DNA of 42,707 bases from Jimgerdemannia flammicorona (lineage: Eukaryota), in assembly GCA_003990765.1 (NCBI GenBank), contig RBNJ01000086.1:1-42707 (forward strand), read 5' to 3'. The notes below the pieces were generated by a model. It saw only the letters and a program-made list of their open reading frames with translations, ran no database searches and had not been told where the DNA came from. Shown piece after piece: positions 13,313-25,556 of this stretch. Position 1 is the stretch's first letter. Each line of letters begins with the position of its first letter. The position numbers and the translations under genes are program-made.

Positions 13313-16300
13313 TTTTTTTTTTTTTTTTTTTTTTATAGTCACTTGGACTTGTCCTTTATTACACTCATCTATCCTATATAAATACAATGAACCCACCCCC
13401 TATCCAATCTCCCTAGGGGGGCCCCTCCTCCCTACCTTTTCTCGATGAAATACTACTCTATTGAATACAATCCCCACTCTCCCACCACTTTGTTCGCATA
13501 TCCTTACTACCAAACTGTACTGCTGCCCTCCTAAAAGACCCCAACCTATCCACCATCCAGTCAACAGATCCCCCAACAGCTCCTCCCACCTTACAACCTT
13601 CTCCTGCAGGCTCATCTGCCACCCCTCCTTAAACACAAAAAGCCAATATCCTACCAGACCCACTCAAACTGCTAACACCCACCCGACAGTGAGCCAACTA
13701 TCACCCACCCCCCCCACCAGCCGAGATCTCAAGTCCTCTCAGCAATCCCCTTCACCTGCTGGCCTGCACTCCACACCCAGTCTATTCTCTATTTCAACCC
13801 TAAAGTCCCCCAAAACCTCACACTCTCCCAGCCAATGTTCCGACATCTGCACCAAACCCCCAGCTTGCTCTACATTGTAATACTCCTTACAGTTGAAATA
13901 GCCACCATCCACCAGATGCCTGGTGTGGAAATTCAGCATGACATTCCTCCGCAGCAATCACTACCACACTACCCAGAACTTGTGGGGAAGCCACCATCGC
14001 ACCTCAGCACTCCAAGACCATATCCCTGCCCAGTTCCACTCCTTGCCAATCCTGACTGCCTGCCAACCACTTGGCCAAAGATCCTGGCCAAGACCCTGCT
14101 GATACTCCACTCCATCCCCAATATCAAAAGTGACAAATGGAGCACCCCCCAGAAGCAGTCTATCCCATCACCACATACAAGGACCCCACAACACCTCCCC
14201 CTCATTGCCTTGCCAGCACAGACCAATTCTGTATGCTCCATTGACCACTCTCCACCAAAAGCCCTTAAATCGCAGCCACCGAATTTCATTGAGCCCTACC
14301 AAAGAGAGTAGATCTCCTGAGGACCCTTGGGGGGAGGTTCTCATCTTCCACACCTTCTACATCAGAAGTATCCAACTCTCTCCCTATAGTTCAGCTGCTC
14401 TCTTCAACCACCAGGCTCACAAGCAGTACAACCTCTTAGGAAAATCCATAAGGCCAAGACCTCTCCTGTCCACTGGTGTTGCAAGAGTATCCCAACTGAT
14501 CTGAGACCTCCTTCCTGCCCAAATCCAATCCCTAGCCACCTTTGTCAGCCTCTTCACCACCCATGCTGGGAAGTCTAGGTGGTATGCCACATACCATAGC
14601 TTGGGGAACCAGTATGTATTCAGAATTGACATCCGCCCTACTAGAGAGATATGGCAGCCTCTCCAACCTCGAAGAGCCTCCCCCCAAATAGCCACTCTAC
14701 TCACCCACCACACTTATGGCAAGACAGAACCATATACAGAGAGGAAGATACCCAGATACCATACTACCTTACCAGTAGGGACAATTGTTCCAATGATGTC
14801 CCCACTCACCAGTCCATTCCCTAGCACCATAGTCTCACACTTATGCCAGTTGAGCTTTGCCCCAGAGTGAACCTCATACCATTCCACCATCTCTTTAAGT
14901 GCCTTGACATCTGCTACAAACCCAAGGCCAACCACTATATCATTCACAAAGGCCCCCACCTTCCACACTATGCCATAGATAGAGCCCCACCACCTTCTGG
15001 CGAATCCTATCCATTAACAGTTCCAATGAGAGAGTATAAAGAATAGGGGATAAGGGGTCCCCCTGAGGAACCCCTCTTCTCAAGGTAAATGCCTGACCAT
15101 GGTGACCATTATACATCAGTGCTGCCTGACTGCCCTCAAGCAGATTCACTATAGAAGCCTGAAATCCAGGAGGAACACCAATACAATCCAACACCTTGCC
15201 CAGCCAAACCCACTGGACCTGGTCATAGGCCTTCTCCTGGTCCAAAAAGACCAACCTTCCATCCAGGCCACAAGCCTGGCCCCTTCAATAATACTATGCA
15301 CCCAAGCAGTCCTATCTCTTATAAGCCTGCCTCTAACAAAGTCCTGCTGCTTCTCCCCTAGCACCTGTTGGGCAACCTTCTACAGCCTTGCAACAACCAC
15401 CTTAGTTACCATCTTCCTGTCCATGTTCAAAAGCATGATCAGTTGCCAGTTCTTCCAGTCTTCTCTCCTCCCCTTGTCTTTGTACAATAAAGCCACCAGC
15501 CCGAGGTCCTGCTCTCCAACCCACTCACCGCTCTGAAGGATATGATCACAGAGAGCAGTCATCTCCCCCAGAATGCTGGAGACCTTGACCATCCTCTTCC
15601 AGAAGTCCCATGGTAGTCCATCCTCCCCTGGTGCTGTTCCAGTTTTAGTTACCACAAGGATACTCTGGACCTCCTCACTTCGCACTGGTAAGGCCAAGTC
15701 ATCCAGTTTAGCCACTTGTAGCTGCCTCCATTCCCCTAATGCATCTTCAATAGCTGCCTCATCAGCACCCCCTTTATCCTCACTCCACAAACCCTGCCAT
15801 CTCTCTTTCAAAACCTCTAGGATTTGTTGCATGCCATGTACCATGTCTCCATCAGCATCGAGGACCCCATCCCACTGATGTCTCACCCTCCTAGCACTGA
15901 GCAGATGGGATAAATATCTAGTAGGCCACTCACCCTCCTCAAGTCCCTGCCACTATAGCCTAGCAGCTATACCTCACATATGTACCTCCTCCTCTTCTCT
16001 CATCACCTGTTGCAGTTCCAATATCTCCAACTTAATCTGTGCTAACCTCCAATCCTCCACTCCATCAGAAGTAAGCAAATCTGCCCAATTCATTTGCAAT
16101 CTCCTCAGCCTGCTGGAGGCATACCTCATACACTTCCTTCTCTATCTCCCAGCTTCTCTCCCAGTCTCTCCCCAATAGACCCTTACAGCCTCTTTCAATC
16201 TCATCCACCAGATGCCCACTGACAAGCCCTCACACCTCCAGTGAGAAACTTTCACCTGAATGTCCTCTACCCATGAATCCCACAACCCCTTCTCAGCCAG

Positions 16301-17419
16301 CAGAGAGGAGTTGAGGTGCCAATGTCTGGGTCCATCTCCACTCTCCCAAACTGCCCCTGTCCCAACAGTCTCCAGTGATCAGACCATGGGCACCATTCCA
16401 CCTCCAATACCTTCCAGACATCAGACCCCCAGCATTCTGCCATCAGAATCCAGTTAATCCTTGTACCCAAGCCATTCACCCAATGTGTGTAGACCCTGGA
16501 GTTGCCCCATCATATTCTACCCATATCCCCTAAGGAGCTCAGCCTCTCCACCTCCTCCCATACATCCAGGCCTCCACTTTTCCCTCCTACACTCCTCCCA
16601 TCATCAGTGTGGTCCAGATGCTGATCCCAAACCATATTAAAGTCCCCCCCAATCACATCGACCCCTTCTGCCAAGAGAACACCCTCCTCCAGCAGCTCCT
16701 CAATCCATACAATCCTCTCACCCCTAACTGCAGGGCAGTAGCAAGAGCCAACCCTCACCAACTCCCACCCTGGCCACTGCCAATCTCCTCAGACCAAGTG
16801 GTCACCCCAGCTCCTGATTCCCTCTAAGTCACCTCTACCCTTCCTCACCAGAATCACCACTTTTCCAAACCAAGCAGTAGCCCCACTCCATTCCTTAGTC
16901 CACTTCACCCAATCATCCTCATCCTCATACCGAACATCCTGTAGTAAAAAGAGATCAGTCTCCAATCCCTTGAGCCAAGTAAAAATGTTCTTATGCTGTC
17001 CAGAACCCCTCAACCCATTCACATTCAAAGAGAAAATGTTAGTTGTACTGTTCATAAGGAATAATGTTAAAAAGTGATCCCATCCTCTATAAGTCCACAT
17101 TCTGCTCCTCCTGCACCAAGTCCAATTCACATTCAGCAGCTAGTTTTCTTTCCCCAGCTTCCTGTGCCTCCAATCCTCCCAGAAGTTCTACCATTGCCTC
17201 ATCTTCCCTCTCCTCAAATTCCTCTTGATACTCCAAACAGGCTTCCCTCCAGAGCTGCAAACCATGTCACTCAGCCCAGCAGTATGTTGCCTGCTCACCT
17301 GCAGCCACCACCAGCTCTGCCTTTCTCACCTCATTGACCTCATATCCCTCCTCCTTTAAGAGGATCACAAGAATCTCCCCCCTCAGCGCCTCCACCACTC
17401 TCTCACCATGCAGAATCCA
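13313..17419 (-). mobile_element. L1/Tx1-like LINE, 5'-truncated, with degenerate ORF2 (APE endonuclease + RT)
   Basis: 22-nt poly(A) tail (T run 13313-13334). 13-bp TSD CACCAGTATTCTC/CACTGGTATTCTC. ORF2 starts at 17055 with IFSLNVNGL..LFLLQD, followed by GGDFNMV, APGEDGLP, LDQEKAYD, RGVPQGDPLSP and AFVNDIVV. Many transition-derived stops. Confidence 0.93.
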
Positions 17420-17667
17420 CACTGGTATTCTCATGTAACACTGAATAATACCAGCACTGGCATTCTGAGGTGATGTGAAATTGTTCCAGCACTGGTAATC
17501 TGATGTGATACTGAATTATACCAGCATCCTTAACCTGTACAATCATCAGTACTGACTCTGGAACTTAGTAGTTTTAGTTATTGGAATTTATATTTAGCTT
17601 TATATCTTAGCAACTATTGAATTATATTTTATATAAATATCCCTCTTATTTCCTCTAAAATAAAGTC

Positions 17668-18090
17668 AGTTCCTCTCAGTACAATATACACACTTTCTTG
17701 TAAGCAATCTAAGAGATAATAAGACAGTTTAAAGATAAGAAGTTTGAGGACTATAAGACCTTAGGAAGACACTCCAATAAGAACTTGCTTATAACAAACT
17801 TGAGTTAGTCTAAGAGATACACCTTGAAGAGAATCTGATATATTTGAAGGACTCAATGCCCACTATATGACAATGTGTATAATATAGTTCCTCTCAGTGC
17901 AATACATACACTTCCTTGCAAGAAATCTAAGAGATAACAAGACAGTTTAAAGATAAGAAGTTTGAGGACTATAAGACCTTGGGAAGGTACTCCAATAAGA
18001 ACTTACTTATAACAAACTTGAGTTAGTCTAAGAGATATACCTTGAAGAGAATCTGGTATATTTGAAGAACTCAGTGACCACTATGTAATA
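17668..18090 (+). repeat. Tandem duplication of the terminal 205 bp of solo LTR A
   Basis: 17668-17872 and 17886-18090 both run from AGTTCCTCTCAGT to the LTR end, separated by 13 nt. Confidence 0.88.
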
Positions 18091-18099
18091 CTATATATA

Positions 18100-20093
18100 T
18101 ATTAATAATTTGTATTATAACAAGTGAACACTATAGTATAGCTAGATAATATATAAAAGAATATATAACATATAGTTACTCACATATACTATAATTTATT
18201 TAAATAATTAGATATTCTAAATTAGATATTAATTTCATCTTAACTAAAATACTCATTCTAACTAAAACACTTGTTCTAACTAGAATACTTATCTTAAGTA
18301 AAATATCTGTCTTATAGAGAATAAGTATGTTCTACTATATACATATTCTATAATTATCCAGATAGCAAGTAGATAGTAACCATACTTATATAAAATATTC
18401 TAGAGATTTAAGTAAATAAATTATAGTCCAAAAAGTTCAAAAGCAAAAGACAAGTCTGCCTAATATACTTTAAGAGATATACCTGTTAAGAGCTATTTAA
18501 TTCTAAAGAAAAAGAATTATAATACTTAGAAGAAATATCTACTTTAAAGCTATTATTCAGAAGATTGTAAGCTTTGTTTAATTCTACTCTAATCTACTTT
18601 CTGATATAAAGAGAAGTCTGCTAATTTAGTCTACTTACTAGATTAAGCTAAAAGAACTTAAATTGTCTGATTTTGGTCTATTTATCAGACAAAGTCAGAA
18701 GAATTAAAAAATCTGCTATATTATATCAAACCTATATATTCTAATTAGAAAATTGCTAAATATTATCTACATTATATAAATAAGAGTATTTGTATCTATT
18801 TTGAAAGAAAAACTATTAAATATTTTATAACTTTTTGACCAAATAATTGTGGGCTCAAGCTAATCTATATAGCTGTCTCAATCTTATAATTTATCTTTAT
18901 TATATCAGTATATTATATTTTGGAGCTCAACTGGGAGGATTTCTGAACTTTTTAGCTCATAAGAATCTAATAGTCAAACTAGATACATATGTATTATAGA
19001 AGAAATAACTAAATTTCACACTATCTCTAAGATAATAGTATCTGAAGAAAGACTATTACTATCTCACCACATAAGTGATAGAATAATATCAGTAGATAAG
19101 AAGATATATAGTATCTTTGACTAATTAAATAACCATACTTATCCAAGCTCTCTACCTTAGTATCAAAACAAACAAACCTATAAAAGACCTCTACTTTATA
19201 CTATTTAAAGACAAAACAGACTAAGTAAAATATTTATAAAATAAGTTAATACCAATTACTATACTAATAGATGAAATAATAATCAGAACTCAGACAATAC
19301 TCTCAATAATAATGAATACTATAAGATTGAAGATCTCTATATAACTATAGGCTCACAAGTAGAGAAAGTTATCACACATTTTATAGATATAGCTGCTCAA
19401 TAGTGGTGCAACTTTTTAGTATATCCTCTCACTTAGAAAATCTACATCAAAATTGATATATATAAAGAAAATAACAATCACCCTAACTATGAAGTCCACC
19501 TAGCTATCATGGGCCTAAAAGAGCTGATCATTTAATAGTTTTGCAGCTCTGTCTATATTGTCAAAGCCAGAACAAAGCTCAAAAACCTCTGATTCTATAA
19601 TAATAGAAAAAAAGACTTGGAAGTATTTGCAATAAGATTAAAAACTCTTCTAAATATTATAGAAGTAGAATATAGCCAATGAGAACAAACTATAAATATA
19701 ACCAGAGTAGTATACTTTGTTACTATCTCTAGATAATTATCAGAAAAGATCTAGGAGTAAGAATAACTCTACAATTGTCTATATGTATAAGTAATAATAC
19801 TTAAGACAAGCTATTATCAGAGCACATATTATCTTAGTAGCTCAAAGACTAAGAAATAATAGAAATAACAATAAAGGAGACAAGTAACATCAATTTAAAA
19901 AGAGATATGAATTTTAGAATAACTCCTCAAAATTATAAGAAGGATTTAAGAAATTGTCTAATAAGAAAATAGAGAAACTTATAAAGAAAAGAGTATATTT
20001 CTCTGCAAAAAGAGGAGATATATATCTTGCAAATATTCTGACAAGTAGACCAATATGAACAAAGGACCATTCTTCTTATATACTATTACTCTA
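18100..20093 (+). mobile_element. Highly decayed Gypsy remnant (LTR end, tRNA-Pro PBS, gag), probably continuing after 27394
   Basis: TATTATA-TTT-TGGAGCTCAACTGGGA at 18911-18936 mirrors CACCACA-TTT-TGGGGGCTCAACTGGGA of the intact Gypsy. Gag-like residue follows, with a decayed zinc-knuckle trace at ~19990-20045. The left boundary is uncertain. Confidence 0.55.
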
Positions 20094-20265
20094 TATTAGA
20101 AAGAGGGGTATTTTTATTGAGTTTATATAGGATATATATTTTATATATTGCTGATAGATAATGTAAAACTGATGAAATTATCAATTATGTGTTGATATAT
20201 TGAGTTGCCATCCCAACACTCTCACTCAATAAGATATGTATACAAAAAAGAATATAAAATATACT

Positions 20266-20266
<1 letters not shown>

Positions 20267-20332
<66 letters not shown>
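20267..20332 (+). repeat. 66-nt poly(A) run inside the Copia 3' untranslated region
   Basis: Uninterrupted A run. Confidence 0.9.
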
Positions 20333-20335
<3 letters not shown>

Positions 20336-20970
20336 ATATCTAAGAAATTTTTGTAGGTCAAAAAGTATTCTGAAATACTTGAAATATTTGCAGAAATATA
20401 ATGTAATATTATCTATATAATCTACTCATAGATGAGGGATATAACTAATATATATATAATACAAAACTTTTAATAGCCTGAAAAGTATTCTGTAATTAAT
20501 TAGAAAGACCTATTTCTTTAGTAGAGTACTGCTTGAACTTCAACCTTAGAAGGGCTTTAGTAAGTAAATTGGCAATTATATACTCTATAGAGATGTATTC
20601 TAAGTATATAGTACTATTTTCTATATATTTACAAATGAAATAGTACTATATATCAATATATATATTTCATTCTACTGTAATATATTGGGTTCTTGGCAAG
20701 TGCTATCATCGATTAATTATTCTGCTTAATTAGTATAGAGTTCTATTCCTAAGTAAAGCCAAGCTTCTTTAGTAGTTCACAGAGCCAAATGGCTTCCTTT
20801 GTTGTCAATGACAATATCTAATATTCAGCTTGCATAGATGATATTGTCATAAAACTCAGCTTATATGTTTGCTATAAAATGATAAATTTTTTACTGCTTT
20901 TGCCAATATGAAAGAGATATCTGGTCATAGATCAGTAGTCATCTAAGTCTCCAGCTCAATCAGTATTATA

Positions 20971-21209
20971 TAGTACTTCCAAATGAGTCAAATCAATTTG
21001 AATCAAATCAAATTGAGAGTTAAATGAGTTGAATCAAATTGGGGATTTTTCAATTTGAATCAATTCGAATCGAATCAAAAGTCAAATTGAATTTTGAATT
21101 GAATTGGACCTTTGATTCAATTTAAATTAAATTGAATTGGACCCTTGATTCGATCAAATCATTTGAGTTTGGGTCAAATTTGATTCAATTCGATTCATTG
21201 GGAGCACTA
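20971..21209. mobile_element. hAT-type MITE, copy 2 (internally deleted relative of copy 1)
   Basis: TAGTACTTCCAA..TTGGGAGCACTA termini. 8-bp TSD GTATTATA/GTATCATA. Same arms as 12365-12788 but without the central hairpin. Confidence 0.88.
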
Positions 21210-23440
21210 GTATCATATGTATCAGATAGCTGAATACTATTGCTCTTTCTATTACTCTTGCTTAATTCAATATTACCATCTAACATAAGTATATAGTATG
21301 CTGATTTCTCTAAGTATCAGAAAATTTTCTTAATAGTACTTTAATGTGAATTATCATAGTAGGAGGAGTACTGTGCCATCTTATTCATAGTATATAATAT
21401 ATTAGGTCTCATTTCTAGCATAAGATACATGAGAGAGCTAACTGCTTACCAATAGGAAATGTTGTTGGTACTATTCTTATTATCATCATCCTCAGATATA
21501 GTGTTTGGCTTCTTTAACTTTATAGAAGTATTCATAAGAGTGCTGATAGGCTTGCAATTACTTATATTAAAGTATTTGAGAATGGTTTTGATATAAGTTT
21601 CTTGTGAGAGGTATATAGTATATACATTCTTATCATATAATAGATATCTCCAAAAGGAAGAATGTGTCACCTGTATCAGTTATCTTGAATTCTTAGTATA
21701 GAGTTTCCTTTACTCCATTAAGCCTGTTATTACTGACTATAATAATGATATCATTAACCTATATGCTAATAAATACTATGCTATTGTCATAATATTAGAT
21801 ATATATATATATATAATTGTCTGCTTTACAATACTTAAACCTATTGTCAAGGAGATATTTATCAATCCTTTTATTCCATAGATATACCACTTGCTTAATA
21901 TCATATAATTCTTTATATAGTCTATATACAAGCTTACCATTCTGGCTGTCATATAGTTCATATCCTTATAGTTGACAAATATATAGTTTGGTATCTACAT
22001 CCTGTTTAGGAAGGCTGTTTTAATGTCTATTTGGTGGATTTCTAGATCATATAGTATGTCAATCACAAGGAGTATTCTAAGTGAAGTAAGCTTAAATACT
22101 GGCAAAAAGGTTTCATCATAATCTATACTATAATCTTATAAGTAACTCTTAGTAATGAAATGAGCTTTATACCACTCTACATTTCCTTTGACATTATGTT
22201 TTATTCTATATATCCATCTTGATCCAATCACTTGATGATTTGGTAGAAGAAGTACTAGATCTCATATACTATTCTCAATATATGAATCATATTCCTCATC
22301 CATAGCTTGTTTTCATTTCTTATTATCAGAATTGGTTTTGGCTTCATTATATGTACTTGGCTCACTAGAAGATATTACAATATATACATATTTGTATACT
22401 TTGATATAGCTCATATAGTTCTTTTGTTATTGCTATCTAGAGCTTGCTAGTATATCCCAATAGTTTTCTAAATTAGAATGAGTTTCTCAGCAAATATTAG
22501 AGTACTTTTGCTTTTATTTACCCTTTGTAGAGATTTTTATTGTTGGAGAATTTGCCATCATCATCTTTGATCTCTATTATCCTTGGCTCAGATATTTCTG
22601 GCTCAGATATATATAGTAGTTGATAATAATTTTGATTGACCACTGGAGAGGTAGATGACAGTTGTGCTGATTACTGCATTTATATTGGCTGAGATATAGA
22701 TGTAGAGGTTCTGATTAGTACTTCTATACAGATTTTTAAGTCTTTTTCTCTGAACTATATATTATGAGAGATAACTATATATCTTTTACATAGATCTCAT
22801 AGTCAGTATACTTTGCCAGAATATCCAAGAAATATGTGCTTGCTCATCTTAGGTTTGAATTTATCCTGGAAAACATTGCTTTTATCAAGGATATATATAT
22901 ATTGAATCCAAATATATATATATAATATATCTGGCTTAGATCTACTCCATAATTCTTTAAGGGTAAGATAATCATCTCTGAATTACTTATTATTGCCAGA
23001 ATTCTTACTTAGTGATTGAGATATATACTGGTTGTGAATGTATACCATAGTATTTATAACTTTAGCCCAATAAGTATATGACAATCTGGTGGTATTAATT
23101 ATCATATATACTATTTCAATAGCTGTATAGTTAAATTGCTCAACTATACTATTCTGCTAAGGTATATAGAGAGCCATCATTGATAGGTTATACTATGTTT
23201 TGTCAGAAACTTCTTGAATATATAGTTGATATATTTATGTCTATTATCTAATTATATAGTACATATTCTACATTCTATCTTATTCTTAGTGATCACTTTA
23301 AATTTTTTGAATCTATCCAAGGCTTTATTCTTTACTGATAGAAGGTATATATATACTTTATATATATAATTATTGATGAATGTAAGAAAATATCTCTTGC
23401 CAGAATACAATGGTATATATATCAACTTATATATATCTAT

Positions 23441-24965
23441 TGTCACATAGTGATCACTAAGTTCTTCAAATACACCAGATTCTCTTCAAGGTATATCTCT
23501 TAGACTAACTCAAGTTTATTATAAGCAAGTTCTTATTGGAGTACCTTCCCAAGGTCTTATAGTCCTCAAACTTCTTATCTTTAAACTGTCTTATTATCTC
23601 TTAGATTGCTTGTAAGGAAGTATATGTATTGTACTGAGAGAAACTGACTTTATTTCAGAGGAAATAAGAGGGGTATTTATACAAAATATAATTCAATGAT
23701 TGCTAAGATACATATAAAGCTAAATATAAATTCCAATAACTAAAATAAAATGCCAGGACAGGAAAAACTATTAAGTTCCAGGGTTGGCACTGATGGTTGT
23801 ATAGGTTCAGGATGCTGATATAATTTAGTATTACATCAGAATACTGGTACTGGTATTATTCAGTGTTATATCAAATGCTAGTACTGGAACAATTTTGTAT
23901 CACCTCAGAATGCTAGTGCTGGCATTATTCAGTGTAACAAGGAACTTAGAGCAGAAAGTTCAGGACCATGGGGACTTTATCCTTGTTATCATTGAAGGAG
24001 ATAAGATCTATGAATATTTCATCAAGATCACATAGGTCACACAGGATGATATCATCACCAATGATATCATCACATTTGGCAGCAGTGGGAACAAGGAGAT
24101 CTGGAGCTCTCCAGTCTATGAGGTTCTCTTTCACAAAATAGGAGACAAATGTGGGGTCTTGGGGAGGTCTAACCTGGATACTTGGGCCTTGAAATACTGA
24201 GATCAACCCTTACAGGAATTGGTCTGGATTGTCCTGGAGGATAGGATGCCAGAAGTCTTCTACTTCATCACTATTGAGAGTGATAGTGGACTGGGCTTCT
24301 GTAGCCACCCTGGCTTCTAGTACATTGATATGGTGGGATGACAGATCTCTGAAATCTGAGACTCTAATATACTCCAAGTTGGGGATTGACCATAGTGCAT
24401 GTCTGAAGATCTGACAGATCTTCTTAGCTGTCCTTGCCTCATATATATCCATGAGAGTGGCATCTTGTAGCTCTTGAGGGCTGGCCTGTGGGAACTCCTG
24501 GCAGAGAAGATTTCTTATTTCATACTCCTGCCATATTTGGAGATATTTGGTAGCAATGGTGATTCTTGTTTCCATTTTATAGCAGTAGAGGATATAATGA
24601 TAAGAGTTACCAGTACCCAGGTTAACATTAAGAGTTCTTCTTGAGTGGGTCCTCATAGCTCTTCTGATGTCTTGAAACATTCTTTCTTTGACTGAGGTGC
24701 CTTGGTAATTCCTTGACCTTGAGATTTGGCAGACAGCAGGCATTTCATTTATAGTAAGTCTTTGAGCTATTTTGGGATTGGTGGGTCTTATTGGTTGCTG
24801 CTACTGTAGTTCCTTAATCCTTCTTTTATATTCCTCAAGATACTTATACTGTGGTCATCATTACTCATCTCATATACTGTATGATCTTCTTGTGCTCCGA
24901 TTTGGTGGCTTACAAGGAAAGGCTGTCTTCTGTGCTGATGTCATCATTCTGGAGTCACTATTACA
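23441..24965 (-). mobile_element. Solo LTR, family 2, copy B (1525 bp), inserted in the Copia integrase
   Basis: TG..CA termini with short inverted ends (TGTCACATAGTGA / TCACTATTACA). 4-bp TSD CTAT at 23437-23440 and 24966-24969. The Copia integrase reading (RILNLIYI|DIYK) resumes across it. Confidence 0.88.
23946..24743 (-). pseudogene. LTR-embedded accessory ORF, family 2, copy B (265 codons, one internal TAA)
   Basis: ORFs 24743-24210 and 24206-23946 are in the same frame. The TAA at 24212-24210 is CAA in copy A. The C-terminus is acidic. Confidence 0.82.
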
Positions 24966-25221
24966 CTATATATATAAGGTTGAGAATCCTGGATATATGT
25001 TTTAATCATTCTTTGAATGGTCACTGGGATACCTTATTTACTATGCAATCCTCACAGAAACTGTCATATAGATATACTGCTGGTAATTCTCTGACAGATC
25101 TACTCCTTATCATCCATTTAAGGCTTATCTTGCTAATATATTCTAAGTATTGATACTACATAGTAGATATATCAGGCATAGTTATTATATATGCAGAGGC
25201 TTTCATACTACTTGGCATGCT

Positions 25222-25556
25222 TAGTACTCCCAAAATAAATATTTGAATCAATTCAAAGTAGATATATATGGTATTCAGATTGAATTGATTTGATTCAATT
25301 CAAATATTATTTTGATTTCCAAATTAGAACACAAATGTTTTCCTCAATACCTCTATGAGTCTTCATCCGATTTTGATGAAACTAGTATCATTGGAAAGCT
25401 CTCTATAATGGCTTTCCAATAACACCAAGGTCACTAAAATCAGATAAAGACTCATAGAGTTATTGCAGAAAATGTTTGTGTTCTAATTTGGAAATCAAAA
25501 CAATATTCAAATCAAATTGAATCAATTTGATTTGAATATTTATTTTGGAAGCACTA
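25222..25556. mobile_element. hAT-type MITE, related second family
   Basis: TIR TAGTACTCCCAAAATAAATATT / AATATTTATTTTGGAAGCACTA. 8-bp TSD GGCATGCT/GGTGTACT, differing only by transitions. Internal imperfect palindrome at ~25360-25450. Confidence 0.82.

Larger units (their letters stand above)
11762..18090 (+). mobile_element. Solo LTR, family 2, copy A; interrupted by a MITE and a LINE, with a duplicated 3' end
   Basis: Begins TGTAACAGTGAC and ends ..CACTATGTAATA (decayed ..TGTGACA). CTAT flanks both sides (11758-11761, 18091-18094). Collinear with the reverse complement of 23441-24965 once the insertions are removed. Confidence 0.85.

Noticed and set aside
13400-17340. Plus-strand Pro/Ser/His-rich ORFs
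   Set aside because: Antisense shadows of the G-rich LINE ORF2.
20205-20420. Poly-lysine ORF
   Set aside because: Artefact of the poly(A) run.
11762-24965. Solo LTRs A and B as inverted ends of one large composite element
   Set aside because: Each copy has its own TSD on both sides, and B sits inside the Copia integrase, so they are independent insertions.
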